Positions 12,291 through 24,691 of a stretch of DNA of 64,000 nt are shown piece by piece (the first letter of the stretch is position 1; each line of letters opens with the position of its first letter). The stretch spans positions 51,150,001 through 51,214,000 of the forward strand of contig CM060731.1 of NCBI GenBank assembly GCA_030704615.1, given 5' to 3'. Below the pieces are notes generated by a model. That model searched no databases, had not been told where the DNA came from, and saw only the letters and a list, made by a program, of their open reading frames with translations. The position numbers were made by a program, and so were the translations under genes. The stretch is from Takakia lepidozioides. Lineage: Eukaryota > Plantae > Bryophyta.

Positions 12291-13220
12291 TGCTAGCAGC
12301 TGACAATGACAGCCTAGAATTGTCAGCAAACACCCCAACCCTACTTATCACATTAGTTCCTATGCTGACTTCCATCTGCTTCCAACAGGCATTCACATTT
12401 TTGCCTGATTGTTCCACCATTGACTGGGATCGGAAACGTATTCATTCCAGAGCTTCTTCTCGTCTCTGGTATCTGTTGTTTGATACTTTCCTGTCGAGCA
12501 CATTGGCAGTAACAATATCACTCCAAAACCACCATAGATCCACCAACGAGCTAACTTGCAGCATTCAGCATGGAAATTTAGGGACGACTCTGATAACAGG
12601 GAAAAACAGGGTGAAAAGTGTTGAAGGTGCCTTCATTAGCAGTGCCTTGTTCTATCAATTGTGCTGCTGCAAAGCTGCTGTTTCCAGTTGACCGTCTACC
12701 CACACAGATTTCTTGTAGCTATTGATCCACAAGGAATCAGAAGTAATCTTGTGTTTGAAATCCGGCCCTCTTTGATGAATCTGGACCTCTATCCCTGGTC
12801 CTTCCGCTATCCCTGCCTGTGTACAAATCATGAAAACGTCATCATCATTGCTGCTAGCAGCTGACACTGACGGCGTGAAGTTCTTCCAGCAAACACCCCA
12901 ACCCTACTTATTACAGCAGTTCCAATCTGAATTGCATCTGCTTCTCTTTGTAGTCCAACAGACATTCACCTTTTTGTCTCCATTGTCCCACCATTGACTG
13001 GGGTCGGAAAAGTGTTCATTCCAAAGCTTCTCCTCATCTCTGTTATCTGTTTCTGGATACTTTCCTGCTGCCACATCGGTAGTAACTTGTCGAAGTCACT
13101 CCAAACCACCACATATCCGCCCAACGAGCTAACTTACAGAATTCAATATGCATCTCAGGGCCGAGTCTGATGAGAGGGCGAAACTGGCTGAAATAGGTCG
13201 AATAAGAAGGTGCCCTCACC
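12291..13220. repeat. Diverged direct duplication of ~350 bp (12291-12635 and 12852-13220)
   Basis: Shared blocks tgctagcagctgaca, cagcaaacaccccaaccctactta, ccaccattgactggg, ccaacgagctaactt and gaaggtgcc appear in the same order. Confidence 0.85.
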
Positions 13221-13300
13221 ACATTGTCCTTGACCTTGTGTCATGACCCATGGAGGATTTGACCAACCATCAACCGAGAAGGACCCAGGATCACATAGGT
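12397..13300 (-). pseudogene. OSB-type 'PDF' motif array, intron-containing and partly decayed
   Basis: Exon 13067-12970 (GKYPETDNRDEEKLWNEHFSDPSQWWDNGDKK) splices GT-AG to the exon at 12780 (IHQRGPDFKHKITSDSLWINSYKKSVWV), giving the WWDNxxxKxxxxxPDFKHK spacing of OSB PDF motifs. A second unit EKKLWNEYVSDPSQWWNN (~12465-12400) is 1 nt short at the donor. A motif tail FSVDGWSNPPWV lies at 13280-13245. Confidence 0.75.
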
Positions 13301-13652
13301 TATGCACAGGCAAGGCACAAACACCCAACCACTAGGCTACCTGCTCTCAAGCGCCAGAAAGCCGAAACTAGGTTTTTAAAATGGCTCGGGCATGAACGTT
13401 TGTCTTGCAAATCTTCTTCGAAAGTGCCTCACAGACGACATCCAATCAAGTGAATCTTCATCCAAAATCCGTCATCATTCCCGAGCCTGAACATCTTTTC
13501 CAGCCTTAGACTCGGCAGACAAACCTATAGCCTTGGCCCGAGACTGACTAGGGAGGAAAGCAAATCGAAAGCGAGAGAGAAAGAGAGATGAATAGGACAA
13601 TATAGTTCAAGTAACTTACTTGCCGTGCACTCCAAATCAGTTCAATACTGTA

Positions 13653-14275
13653 CGTTGCTGTCAGATTCGATAGCACAGTGCCGAAATAATCATTTTTATG
13701 AGGCTCAGTCCATTCGGCACCTCATATTTTATATTCCAGGTTTAGGCAGTTTAGGATTCAAATTTTTCGGGCACTTGGGCAGCCAGGTAGTATATAGCAC
13801 ACATATGTATTCTGTCGATTTTTTGAGATTTTCCACATTTTCTTATTTTTGGACAAGCTGAGTACGTAATATTTCTGGATTTTTAGACATATCACTTGAG
13901 TTTCTAGGATTCAACCTTTTCTCATTGCGTGATAGAACTCTTATCCTATCACCTCCATGCTAGTTTTGCTTGCTCATATCTCCCTTAGAACTCCATGTTG
14001 CATCTACTCCCTTTTAGAACACCTGCTCTTTGCTACATTTGCTTCTGTTTCTTGATTTAGCTGGTACGCTTATGTTACGGAAAAGTTTCCCGTCGGTGAG
14101 CCTTTATGGCCTTCCCCGGGTGGTTATTTTTTCCACTTGTTTTGACACTTTTTATTTTAATTTGATTAAAAGGGCCCCTGGTCCCCTAACATAAAATAAT
14201 AATAAAAACTTGAGTTAATTCAAAAATTTCAACAACCCAAAATATAATTAATTTGTGTCGAATCTGACAGCAACG
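13653..14275. mobile_element. Tc1/mariner-type MITE
   Basis: Perfect 18-bp TIR cgttgctgtcagattcga / tcgaatctgacagcaacg, flanked by TA on both sides. Confidence 0.75.
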
Positions 14276-14552
14276 TAGGGTAGTCCACCAATCTTATTTT
14301 TTTATGCTCATGCATTTGGCATACTGCACCTCTCAATTTGTTGTCTTTATCCAATTGTACACGTTCACAAAAAATTGTAACATATGTGGGATGTTGTAGC
14401 ACCATCTGTCGCCATTTGCCGACTTAGCTAGCAAGGTTAGACCTCATGTTGACAATTGGATGATGTTGAAGTTCAAATCCAATTGTCTTATTGTATTTTA
14501 TTTTTCTCACTTCTTTTGTCATCCAACCAAAATATTTGACATAACCTTAGAT

Positions 14553-14734
14553 ACATCTGAATCAATTGATTAAAATAAGTAAATATTGGTCATGGACAAT
14601 TGGAAAGGCAATATATTATATCCTTCATGTGGATACATTTGCCAACATATCAGGTTATGTGTCAGATATAATATATTGCCTTTCCAATTGTCCATGACCA
14701 ATATTTACTTATTTTAATCAATTGATTCAGATGT
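14553..14734. repeat. Perfect 70-bp inverted repeat with 42-nt loop
   Basis: 14553-14622 is the exact reverse complement of 14665-14734. Confidence 0.95.
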
Positions 14735-15112
14735 GTAATGTCGGATAATGTAATACGTCGGTTAATATATATATGTCGGATAATGTGTCGGCAAATGTAT
14801 CCGATATATCTTTTAACCTTTTCATATCGATACAATTGTGACATAAATTTTACTTGTTGTTTGGGATGATTTAACAATGTCAATTACAACTATGGAGTAT
14901 TTCACTGGTTTATGTTTTACCAATGTCTAGACTTCTTTTTGCATACTTACCCTACATAATGATAAGATCTCATGTAATCTATACCCTTGAAACCATCATA
15001 AGATATGATCAACCACATGTGATTTAACTGTCGTGGTTTTAGTCATGGTTAACTAGAATTACCTACTTCTAGTTAACTAGGACATTTTAGATATTTATAT
15101 TTATATTTTGTG

Positions 15113-17070
15113 TGTTGGGACTTCATTTGGTCTCACATGCCAAATGAGGTGTCAAGCCTCACTTGGGACATGGGGATGGATTTTCCCCTTGTGAGGGTTG
15201 AGGAAGGCTCATCTTCTTGTAGTTGAGCCTCCATGAGCCTCTCTCACCTCCATAGCTCTAAGTATTGAGAGAGAGTGTGGTGAAGGCTTTGTAGGGTGGA
15301 TTCCTTTAGCAAAGTAAACACAATGGAAACACTCCACTCATGAATCCACTCAATCACATAAACTAAGTCAAGCCAAGGGCACCTTCACCTCCCCTTTCTT
15401 GTCACATGCTAATGTGTTGCTACGCATGCCTTGAGCCACAATCTCTTTTCTTCATGAAGACCACCTCCAATGATCTCCCACATGTGTTCCAAGCTCTTCA
15501 ATGCTCTAGGCTTGGTTTCACATCATCATGGATAGAATTTTTACCTACATGCTTCCCTTTGGAGTCATCTTGAGCTTCTTGATGCTCTCCAAGTGTTTGC
15601 TTTTGTTGTCTTCAAGCCCTAGCCTATGTAGCTCCTTAGCTTCTCTTCCACAACATGCACCCCCTCTTTTAGCAAGCCACCAAGCCTTGTCTCCTTTCAA
15701 ACCTTGGTCATTCAAGCTCCCTTCACTTGCTAGCTCAAGATCCACTCCTCTCAAGCTTCAAAGGGCAAAGCTTAAGCCAATTAAAACATGCTCCACACAT
15801 GCACCATCTCATACACAAATGAATGAACTTGCTCATTTCACCTGCTAGCTCTCCTCAAGCTTAAAGTTGGAAGCCACATTTGGAAAACTTACTCCACACA
15901 TGCGCCACTTGCTTGGTCAACCACTTGCTTCACCAAGAGCAATCCAAGAACTCATAGAACTAGCAAAAGCACTCCCTTCCAGTGCCTTAGCTTGCTTGTT
16001 TGTCAACAAATGAAACCCCACTTGGCTTCATTTCACCATGGATAAAACAACCACTTCTTAGCTTCTCTTGAACTACTCAATGCTTCTCAAGCTAACCTTG
16101 TTGTATTCCTTCTATGGTGTTTCCAACCCAAGCATGTGCCGCTCTTTGGCTTCTTTTTCAAACCATGAACAACTAGAGCTTGCTCTTGAAACCCTAGTGT
16201 TTATCTTCTCCACATATAAGACGCTTCTCTTGTGATGCAAGAGCTCTTTTCCAAGCTCTCAAACCCTTGGTGCACAATAATGCTTCTACAAACCCTCAAT
16301 GCATTCTTTTCACCATAGAAGCCACTTTCTGCAAATGGTTGTCACAACACTTGAGATACAAGAGATGGCGCTCCTTCTTCTCAAACTTTCAAACCTTTTG
16401 CTTCCACACACAAGACTTTCTTCCTTGCAATACTTGTAAAGTCTTATAACTCAAGAGCTCTCTCCTTGAGCTCTCCACTTCCTTGATGCAATGCAAACAC
16501 ACTCTCCCTTGTAACACTTTGCAAGCACAAGAGCTCTCTCCTTGAGCTCTCCAACCCTTTGATAGAACTCACATGCACCCTCCATTGCAAATACCTCGCA
16601 AGCACAAGAACTCTCCTTGCTCTCTACCTCCTTACACACAAGTGCAATACTAACCCTTACACTTTGCACTCACAAGCATAAGGTCATTTAGGGCTTATGA
16701 CTTCAAGTTTGAGAAGATGAGCTCTTGAATAGAGGTGTGGATACACATTATTGTGAATGAAGACAACACCTAGGCCAAGAGGTAGAAGTGTGTGAACTAG
16801 CCTATACAAGGGAAAGCGCATCGAAGATGGCATACAAAAGTCAAATTGAAGCAAGGCTTGGCGCCTATCATTGGGCACATTAGCTTGCCATGAGTTCCGA
16901 GGAGATCAAGAAGAACTTGTAAGTTTGTGATGGATGCATTGCAAGATAAGACAATGCAATCTTGCATACATGTTAGGGATGAAGATACCATGAAGAAAGT
17001 GTTTCCCACCATCACATAAACTCCTTAAGCCTCGGGGTAGAAGCATGGATTAGGAGCGATAATGTGTATG
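15113..17070 (+). mobile_element. Probable LTR or leader of the gypsy-like element whose gag starts near 18052
   Basis: Starts tgttgg and is strongly CpG-depleted. Shares aggctcatctt...agttgagcctc and gtgtcaa motifs with 58780-58890, which precedes the second copy of the same gag family. Confidence 0.4.
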
Positions 17071-18051
17071 GTGTTTCTTACTATACTCTACAAACCCTAG
17101 TCTCCATCCACTTCAAAAACTGGGTATGGCTCATTCTGCCCACCATACAGTTTTGTGATAAGAGTATGGCTCATACTGCCCAGCATACACTTTTGTGAAC
17201 AGTGTATGGATAGAGGTGGAGAAACTTTGCCTACCATACGTTTTTATTAAAAGTGTATGACATATATGGTGTAGCTGGAGGAGTATTGCCTTTAGAGGAT
17301 CTTTGGGGGGTCCTTGGAGGAGCTTTTGGAGGACACATTGAAGAGCCTTTGGAGGGCTATTTGGAGGACTACTTGGGGTCCTTGAAGGCCAATATTTGGG
17401 TTTGTGGAATCTTGAGGGTTCTTAGAGAGTTATTTGAGAGATCCTTGAAAGGTCTTGTCTATTGCTTAAGTAAAAGAGTGTGGAGATAGGGTAGTGGGAT
17501 GAGAGCATGCTATGGTAGGAATTGCTTGAGTCTCTCTTCCTTGTAGTCTTCCACCCTCTTTGTAGGCCAAAACCTTTCCATAGGTGGAGGTAAGAGTCAG
17601 TCCGGGTTTGGGCTGGGGTGTCTTGCAGGAGCGACACTGTGGAGTGTTTTTGGTGTGGGGGGGTTACTGTTTTGATTTTCTTGTGTTTGGATCCCCTCTA
17701 CACTTGCATTCTTGACTGTGCGCCATGTTAGTTTTGTGTGGGCGCTTATTTTCATAGGAGGTTGGTCCGGATTTGATCACCGGCCGATCCTAGAGCGTGC
17801 TGTAGGTGGTGAGGTTGGGGTGATGACCAGTCAGACCATCATTGTTTCTCTTATGTTGAGGCTGGGTTGATGACCAGCAGACCATAGGAGTGCTTGCGGT
17901 GGATGTAGGTGCAGGTACAGGTCTACATTAGAAACCTAGTATTCATGTTTGAACCACCAGCCGCAACAGGTTCTCTGCTCGGTTACCTTGTGGAAAGGGG
18001 GATTAGAGACAGGTTTGCAACCGACGTGGTTGTGAGTTTTTCATCACGGAG

Positions 18052-19930
18052 GTGCCACTAGTTGCTGAGGGAAGTGCCAGTACAAGCACCAGCAATACTA
18101 GTGGGTACACGAGACGAGGTGTGCGGTTTAGGCCACCTTCACCTTCAGTGTCTTCTCAGGAAGGTTCAGACTCGGAGTCAGGAGGATTCTCGCCGAGGGT
18201 GCAAGCCATTTCCGTGCCATTGTTGTGGGACACGATGGATGAGATGTATGGAGCTACCAAGGGGCCACGTAGGTACTCTAGAGTTGTGGGCACCATCGAG
18301 CTTGATGACTTCATATATGAGTTCAATAGTTGGTGTGATTTGCAGCAGATGCGCAATCCAGAACTGTTTACGTCTTTTATGGCATGGAAGGGGCTGTTTC
18401 AGCACCTTGAGGGGCCGCCCATGGACGATTACCATGAATTTAGGCAGGGACATGAGGTGGAGATTGAGGAATGGCGGGAGTATTGGTCACCTGACTATAT
18501 CTCCATCACCAGAGACACAAGAGCAGCCGCGACACCAGCAGCTACACCAACATCCCCAACCGCAAGCACTAGTAGTGGGACAAGTGGTACAGGAGCTGGA
18601 AAATCCACTCAAGCTCCTGCTGAAGCACCAGCACCCGTGTTTGGCTTTAACCCAGTTGTGGAGTTCTTTGAGGAGTTGAGGAGAAACTACCAGGGGATAA
18701 GGACAGAGAAGTTGCGGAGCTTGCAAGAGTTCCAACGGAGGCCTACTGAGAGTTTGAGGGAGGCTTACACTCGCATGAGACGCTTGATAAACGTAACCCA
18801 AGGGGTTACAGAAGCTCAGGCAGTCTAGTTCTGGTATGGGACAAGGAGCTGAGGAGAAGGGTGCGGGATGCAAAGTCTCTCCTACAGGTGGCCCAACCCA
18901 CCTTAGCAAATGTGCTTTTGCTGGCAGAGCGGATAGAGCTCAATATGGTGGAGGAGCGGGTGGTTATGGTGGGTTTGGCAAGGAGACACAACGAAGTGGG
19001 GCTCCTAGCCAACACCAACCACTACCCCAACGTGTTCAAGGCAACAAGGGGGCTCAAGCAAAGCCCAAGGAAGGACAGAAAGGATCTCAGATGCAGAGGT
19101 CTCTTCCTTCATTCTCATGCCAACCACAATTAGGCGTGATTTGTTGGGTTTGTGGAGGACCTCATGTTAAGACGGATTGCCCGGAGAGAGGCAAAGGGCC
19201 AACACAGGCACAACCTACACAATTACAGTGTAGGCATTATGGCAAGTATGGGCATGAGGAGGCCTGGTCGCTTTCTGAAACCAATTTGTCAGGCTCCATT
19301 GTATTCTGCAATGACAATTGCAATGTCAGGGATTCGGCCAGCTGCAGTGTTTAGACTGGCAGCTACACTTTGTGAAAGTGGTGATGCATCAGCACTGTTT
19401 GCGAGGATAGTAGATAAGGTGCAGTCCATACATGATGTTATGGATCCAAGGGTGATGACAGCCACGGTTGCGTCATGGCAGGCGGCAGCTGCAAGGTTGC
19501 AAGAGTTACCATCTAGGCAAGCCATCGAGCATGCTATGGTGACTCCTGGAGTAGTCTTGGTGGATAACCAAGCTTGTGTGTTCCAGTTGTGTGGCCCAAC
19601 CGAGAGATAGAGGAGGCAAAGGTCATGGTGGAGGTCGTAACCACAACCAAGGAGCACAGGGTCAAGGTCAAGATCATGACCAAGGCATGGTGGATAGACT
19701 TGCCCAGCTAGAGCAACGTCTTGCTGCCATGGCCACTACTCATGTTGCGCCAGCTCCAAGGCTTGAGGTTCAAGCCCCACCTGCACAACCTCTTATACCT
19801 AGGGAAGACCAGATTGGTATGGGCTTCATGTGTGGAGCCGCACTTGGAGGGCCATTGCATGTATTGGACTCTACTGCTGCTATCACTCGAGCAGCAACGC
19901 GTGCTCCTGAGCCAAGAGGAAGTCATCTTG
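18052..19930 (+). mobile_element. Degenerate Ty3/gypsy-like gag region (copy 1)
   Basis: Retrotransposon gag-like FQRRPTESLREAYTRMRRL and zinc knuckle CWVCGGPHVKTDC, with stops and frameshifts. Homologous to 59713-61040. Confidence 0.75.
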
Positions 19931-20169
19931 TGAGTGGACCAACAACGATGTGACACTTGTTCATATTATGAACATATATGACTACATGACTACACATGAC
20001 CAATGAAAACACGACATGTGCATTAATTAAAGTGATAACGGAAGTGGCGTAGTCATACTCACGTCTGTATCTTATGACTTCTTGACTACAATCACCCAAC
20101 GAAATGTCGACATGTGGAGAAGAGGATCGTTGCATTCAAAATTCAAACTAAAGTGCTGAAGGGAAAGTG

Positions 20170-20392
20170 GCGATCTTACCGGAAGAGAACAGCGTTGGAG
20201 AAGAGGATCCCTCCCGTGTATCATGTAATGATTCCTCACTGTTTCCAACAAGAGTACTTTTCCTCCATGACACTCATCGCAGTTGCATAGCATTTTTGTA
20301 TGCCCATTCCTTGTGGCATAAGCTTCTTCCATTCGCCATAGATGGTCATCTATTCTACGCCTACGCATCCGTTCGCCACATGCACTGTACAT
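20170..20392 (-). pseudogene. CACTA transposase N-terminal (transposase-associated) domain fragment
   Basis: MLCNCDECHGGKVLLLETVRNHYMIHG matches the CxCxxC...VxxHxxxxG pattern. Confidence 0.65.
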
Positions 20393-20971
20393 GCTTTGAA
20401 CGTCACCCCTTCCCTCTTTGCATGCTACGCACAGTGCATTGTCTCTAGTTTTGCACCAGCTGCCAATGTGCTATTTCTATATCTATAGTATACTATAAGT
20501 ATCGTTTCTGAGTGTCCATGGTGAAGCGGAAGGTCTTCAAAGTGACAGTCCCTCTCACTGAGTACGAGAAGTTCCGAGAGCGCCGGATTGCTGCCATAAA
20601 GGAGGTGGAAGCAACGTTCAAGCAATCGATAGATGGGTGAGTTTAGTTCCTGACTTTGGATACCCACCCACTAAACTTGCGATTTGCCTTATCCTCTAAC
20701 CTTCCTACAGCGATCATAAGCTTCATAGCACAAATGGGGGCGAGTAGCTGCGACTTGTACAAACAGAGAGGCAAACAACATACAGTGAGTGACGATTAGG
20801 TTTGAGGAGGGTGTGTCATTAGGCGGGAGATGTCCGCCGTCATTCGTGGGCAGGCATTACGTCTTGGTAGGGTGCGGCTGTGGTTCAGCGTAGGCTTAAG
20901 AGTATTAGGGTATGTATGCTTACATTTGTTTGTGATTGTTTGAGAGGGAGGTCATGGAGGTGTTTGTGCAG

Positions 20972-23900
20972 GCTTGCGGGAGCGAATCGCCCTCGCAAGC
21001 CACGCACTCCGAAGGAAAAAGGTAGGAATCAAGGTCCTGCAAGGCAAAGTGCCAGACTGAAGACGATGACTGAAGACTGAAGACTACGATTTTGCATGAG
21101 GGCTCTTCTGAGGACGATGAGGACGATCCACTCCTCCCACGCCAATGCGAGGCGAGTGCGTCGTCGGCGGATGCCACGGCAAGCCGAGGAGAACATGCCC
21201 ATGCTCATGTCGCAGGACAAAAATGCCCATCATCTACACTACGAACACCTTCTCCGTCTGTGAGTTATAGTTCTTCACAATGACCATGATTCTAATTATG
21301 TATGTTTTTGGTAAAATCACGAAGAGATAGGGTATGTCTGTCAAGACAGGGAAGTTGGACAATGCAGGGGTCAGCCAAGGCACAATCATAAATGATTTCC
21401 ACTAGACAAGTTGAAGTGCCAAAGGCATGATGTCAGGCCAATGTAGACTTCAGGTGTGTTCAAATTCTTTGCCCCATGAAACCAACGTCCTAGTACTAAG
21501 CTACAATGGCTACTTATGCACCCAGAATATCAGTAAAACTTGGAGGGATACTTCTCATGGACCCATCAGCTTTGTCCATTTGAATTCTTGCTATGGATTT
21601 CAAGAACACCCCATACCTAAGAGGGCTCAAAAATGTACTGGGAGGACATCATTGGGGCCAATCAAATTTGGGAGATTTACTGCCCAAGATCATACTGAGT
21701 TTTGGGTAATCTTGTCTTTACAAATGATATGTGCTTCCAGTTTGTTTTGCCTGAATTCAAGGATTTGCTGCTTGCTGCCTATATGTATGTGTAATCACCC
21801 ACATTGTACTGGGGGAATTTCTTTTTAGGGCAAGCACAAGCGCACTGGATCCACGATCCCTGCTGCTAGCAATGGAGATGGCGCCCACAAGAACGCAGGA
21901 GGTGGCCCTAACTCTCCCAACATTGTGGGTTCTGTGCCACCAGTACCCCCACCTTATTATGGTATGCCTCAGTACCCACAGTCTGGCACTCAGTATGGTC
22001 AGGGTCAATATGGTGCTCCTCCATATGGGCAGTATAGCCAGTATCCTCCTCCACCATATTTGCCACCCCCTAATAGCTATGGGGGTGGTAGGCCACCGGA
22101 ATATCCTCCTGCTTATGGACAGTATGGCCAATATGGTCCTCGGTCTTCTGGCCAACAACCATGGCCACCAGTCCCTACTTGGCAGGATCCTGCTTTGAAT
22201 TCTCCTGAGCGCACGGAGGTCTCTGAACGAGGGGAGGGTGTCGTTTCAAAGAATGATAGAACCAATGCTTTAAGGAGGGCTAATAGCTCAGCCAAAATTG
22301 AAGCTGCCAAGGTCAAGGAAGAGAGAATAGCTGCAGGTCTTCTTCCCACGGTGATTTTGACGAACCTCAAAGGAGCCCCGTATGGTCAGACCCGGAATGT
22401 ATGGCACGCTGCCCTTAAAGGACATGCTTATCGCAAGCTAGATCGTTCCCTTGCCATCAACAACCAACCTGATGAAGTTGTATACGAAATCAGAGATCAC
22501 CTGGCTAAGCTATTTTCATATACACCGCACGAGTTAAAAGACTTCCACCTAAAACAAACAATTGGCAGAATAATGAAGAACCAGCGTTATGAAGCACACA
22601 CTGCGTGGTTGGGTGGTAAGGGGAAACCCATTACTGTATCTGATGAGGTATGGAACAAGCTTGTAAGTTACTGGCAGACAGAGGTGTTCCACAAAGTGTC
22701 GGGCAACATGAAGAAGGCAAATGGTGCAATTCTGAATCCTACCAAGACTGGCCGTGGTGGGAAGGCAATGGTGGAAGCATGCTTGGTAAGTGGCATCATC
22801 ACGACTCTGTATTTTGTTCCTCATTGAATTGCTATGTGTATATAGTCAGCCCTCACATTGCTTACTGACTTGTGGCATGGGTTTGTTTGTGGCATGGATT
22901 AATTTGTAGGAAACACTATCAGGGTGCCCTCCTACATTATATGAAATTCAAGAGGGTTCAGTGTCACGGTTGTCAGCTAGGAGTGACAGGCGGGTAAGTG
23001 TGTTTTCCACGTTTGCTAGAGTGGTTGCTGCATCATAGGTTGCTAGGGTTTTTTTCACGGCTTTTGGCCTAGGTTTTCTTTCCAATGGTTGTTCATGCTA
23101 GGTTTTTTTGGGTTTGATTCATACTTGGGCAAGTTTTCATGGATTGGCAGGAGGGAAGTCTCGCATATTCTACAGTAGTTGGCAGGATGGATGGCTTGGA
23201 CAAACTGGTGGAATCACAAGGACGTGACATGGCAGAATTAAAATTACAGATGCAGAGTATGATTGAGTACCAGAAAGCCATTGTGACGAGATTGGGGATT
23301 AATCTACCAGGCGCAGGACCAGTGACATCTACGATGGATACGTCTGCTGTGACAGTATCAAAATGTTTGGAATCCCAATTTCAGACGGTAACTGGTGCTC
23401 ACTCTAAGCCCTTATGTCTTCCTGTCACTGATGATCTTTTGAATTTGACCGAGCAGCAGCAGGATACAGGGAAGGCCAGCTGTGAGGTACACGTGGAAAT
23501 TCAGCCCTTGCCACGTACAAAGGCAGTAGCAGTCCAGGGGGCAATGGTGACAGAGCGGCCGGGCACACCGGATTCTGGTATGCAGGTATGTGGGAGTTTA
23601 GATGGGGAGGAAGATGCAGATGGGGACAAAACAAACAAGCAGGTTGCTTTAATTTCTCCTGCTCACATGTTGAAGCCAAATGTCAGTTTACTTCCTGGAC
23701 CAACGAGGAAACATTTACTAATTCTGGACTTAAATGGTCTGTTATGTGAATCTTTTCATTCTGCTAATGGGCCTGCATCCCTTCCCAAAGGTTTTGTGGG
23801 GAAGATGTGTGGCAAGAAGATGGTAGTTTTGAGACCACGCTGTTATGACTTTTTGCAAAAGTGTTTTGAACACTTTGAGGTGGCGGTGTGGTCTTGTTGC

Positions 23901-24691
23901 CAAGCTCGCAACTTCTTCCCAATGGTGGACTATATTTTTGCAGCCCACACTAACCTGGTTTTCCAGTGAGATGCCCTTCACTGTGACGAGGATCCAGTCC
24001 TCCCATGCCGTAAGGGGTCTGATTCAAAGCCATTATATTTCAAGAACTTGTCTACAGTGTGGGCAGACTGGCCAGAATGGACTTATGAGGACACTGTTCT
24101 TGTTGACGACACACCAAGAAAGGCGGCAAACAATCCTCCCTTCAGTGGGATTTTTCCAGAGCCATGGAAGGTGCAACCAGATTCACCAACTGATGAGTAT
24201 CTAACAGAGGTGTTGTGGCCTTTCTTGTGGAAGGCATCGAAAGCTGCCAGTATTCCCAAGTTTTTGGAGTCTCAGCCTGTTTTCGGACAACAACCATACA
24301 ACATTGCTACTGTACCCTCTCTTTAACTCGCAAATGTTGAGTGTCCTAGTCGTGTGTATGTCATGGGTTTTCACATCGTGTTCTTTTTTGTGTGGAGTTG
24401 GGATCACAGTTCAGGGTGGGTGACGAGGTTCGGTTGTTGGATGTGAACTCCAAACGCAAGAAATGTGGAGTAGGGCTGATTGTTGCTCTTCAAGGTGCTG
24501 TGGTGGGTTACGGGTACCCTGCTGTGCCCCTTGATTATGCCTGTGTGTACATCAAAGAGGCATGTGTCAGTAACACCCCTCTACCATATGTGAATGGTGT
24601 TAGGAAACAGACCGAGTTGGGGCAGGTGGTTGGCCAGACAACACTTTGGAGTCTAAAGTTACTGAAACTTATGGAGCTGCGGAAGGGATAG
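20972..24691 (+). pseudogene. Multi-exon CACTA TnpA-like gene: Ptta/En-Spm domain, FCP1/NIF HAD-like domain, C-terminal Tnp1-like domain; one in-frame stop
   Basis: VWNKLVSYWQTEVFHKVSGNMKKANG...TGRGG is Transposase_24-like, followed by a small exon at ~22910-22993. The HAD-like region reads KHLLILDLNGLL, LRPRCYDFLQKCFEHFEVAVWS, FQ*DALHC (TGA at 23967), YFKNLSTVW and TVLVDDTPRKAANNP. 24412-24691 ends PLPY...TELGQVVGQTTLW. Confidence 0.75.

Noticed and set aside
13160-13205. Hammerhead ribozyme core (ctgatga-gagggc-gaaac)
   Set aside because: Stems I and III cannot be paired convincingly, and the duplicated copy near 12590 lacks the core.
21925-22200. Extensin-like or Gly/Pro/Tyr-rich cell-wall protein
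   Set aside because: There is no signal peptide, and it is a low-complexity linker in frame with the CACTA Ptta/En-Spm domain.
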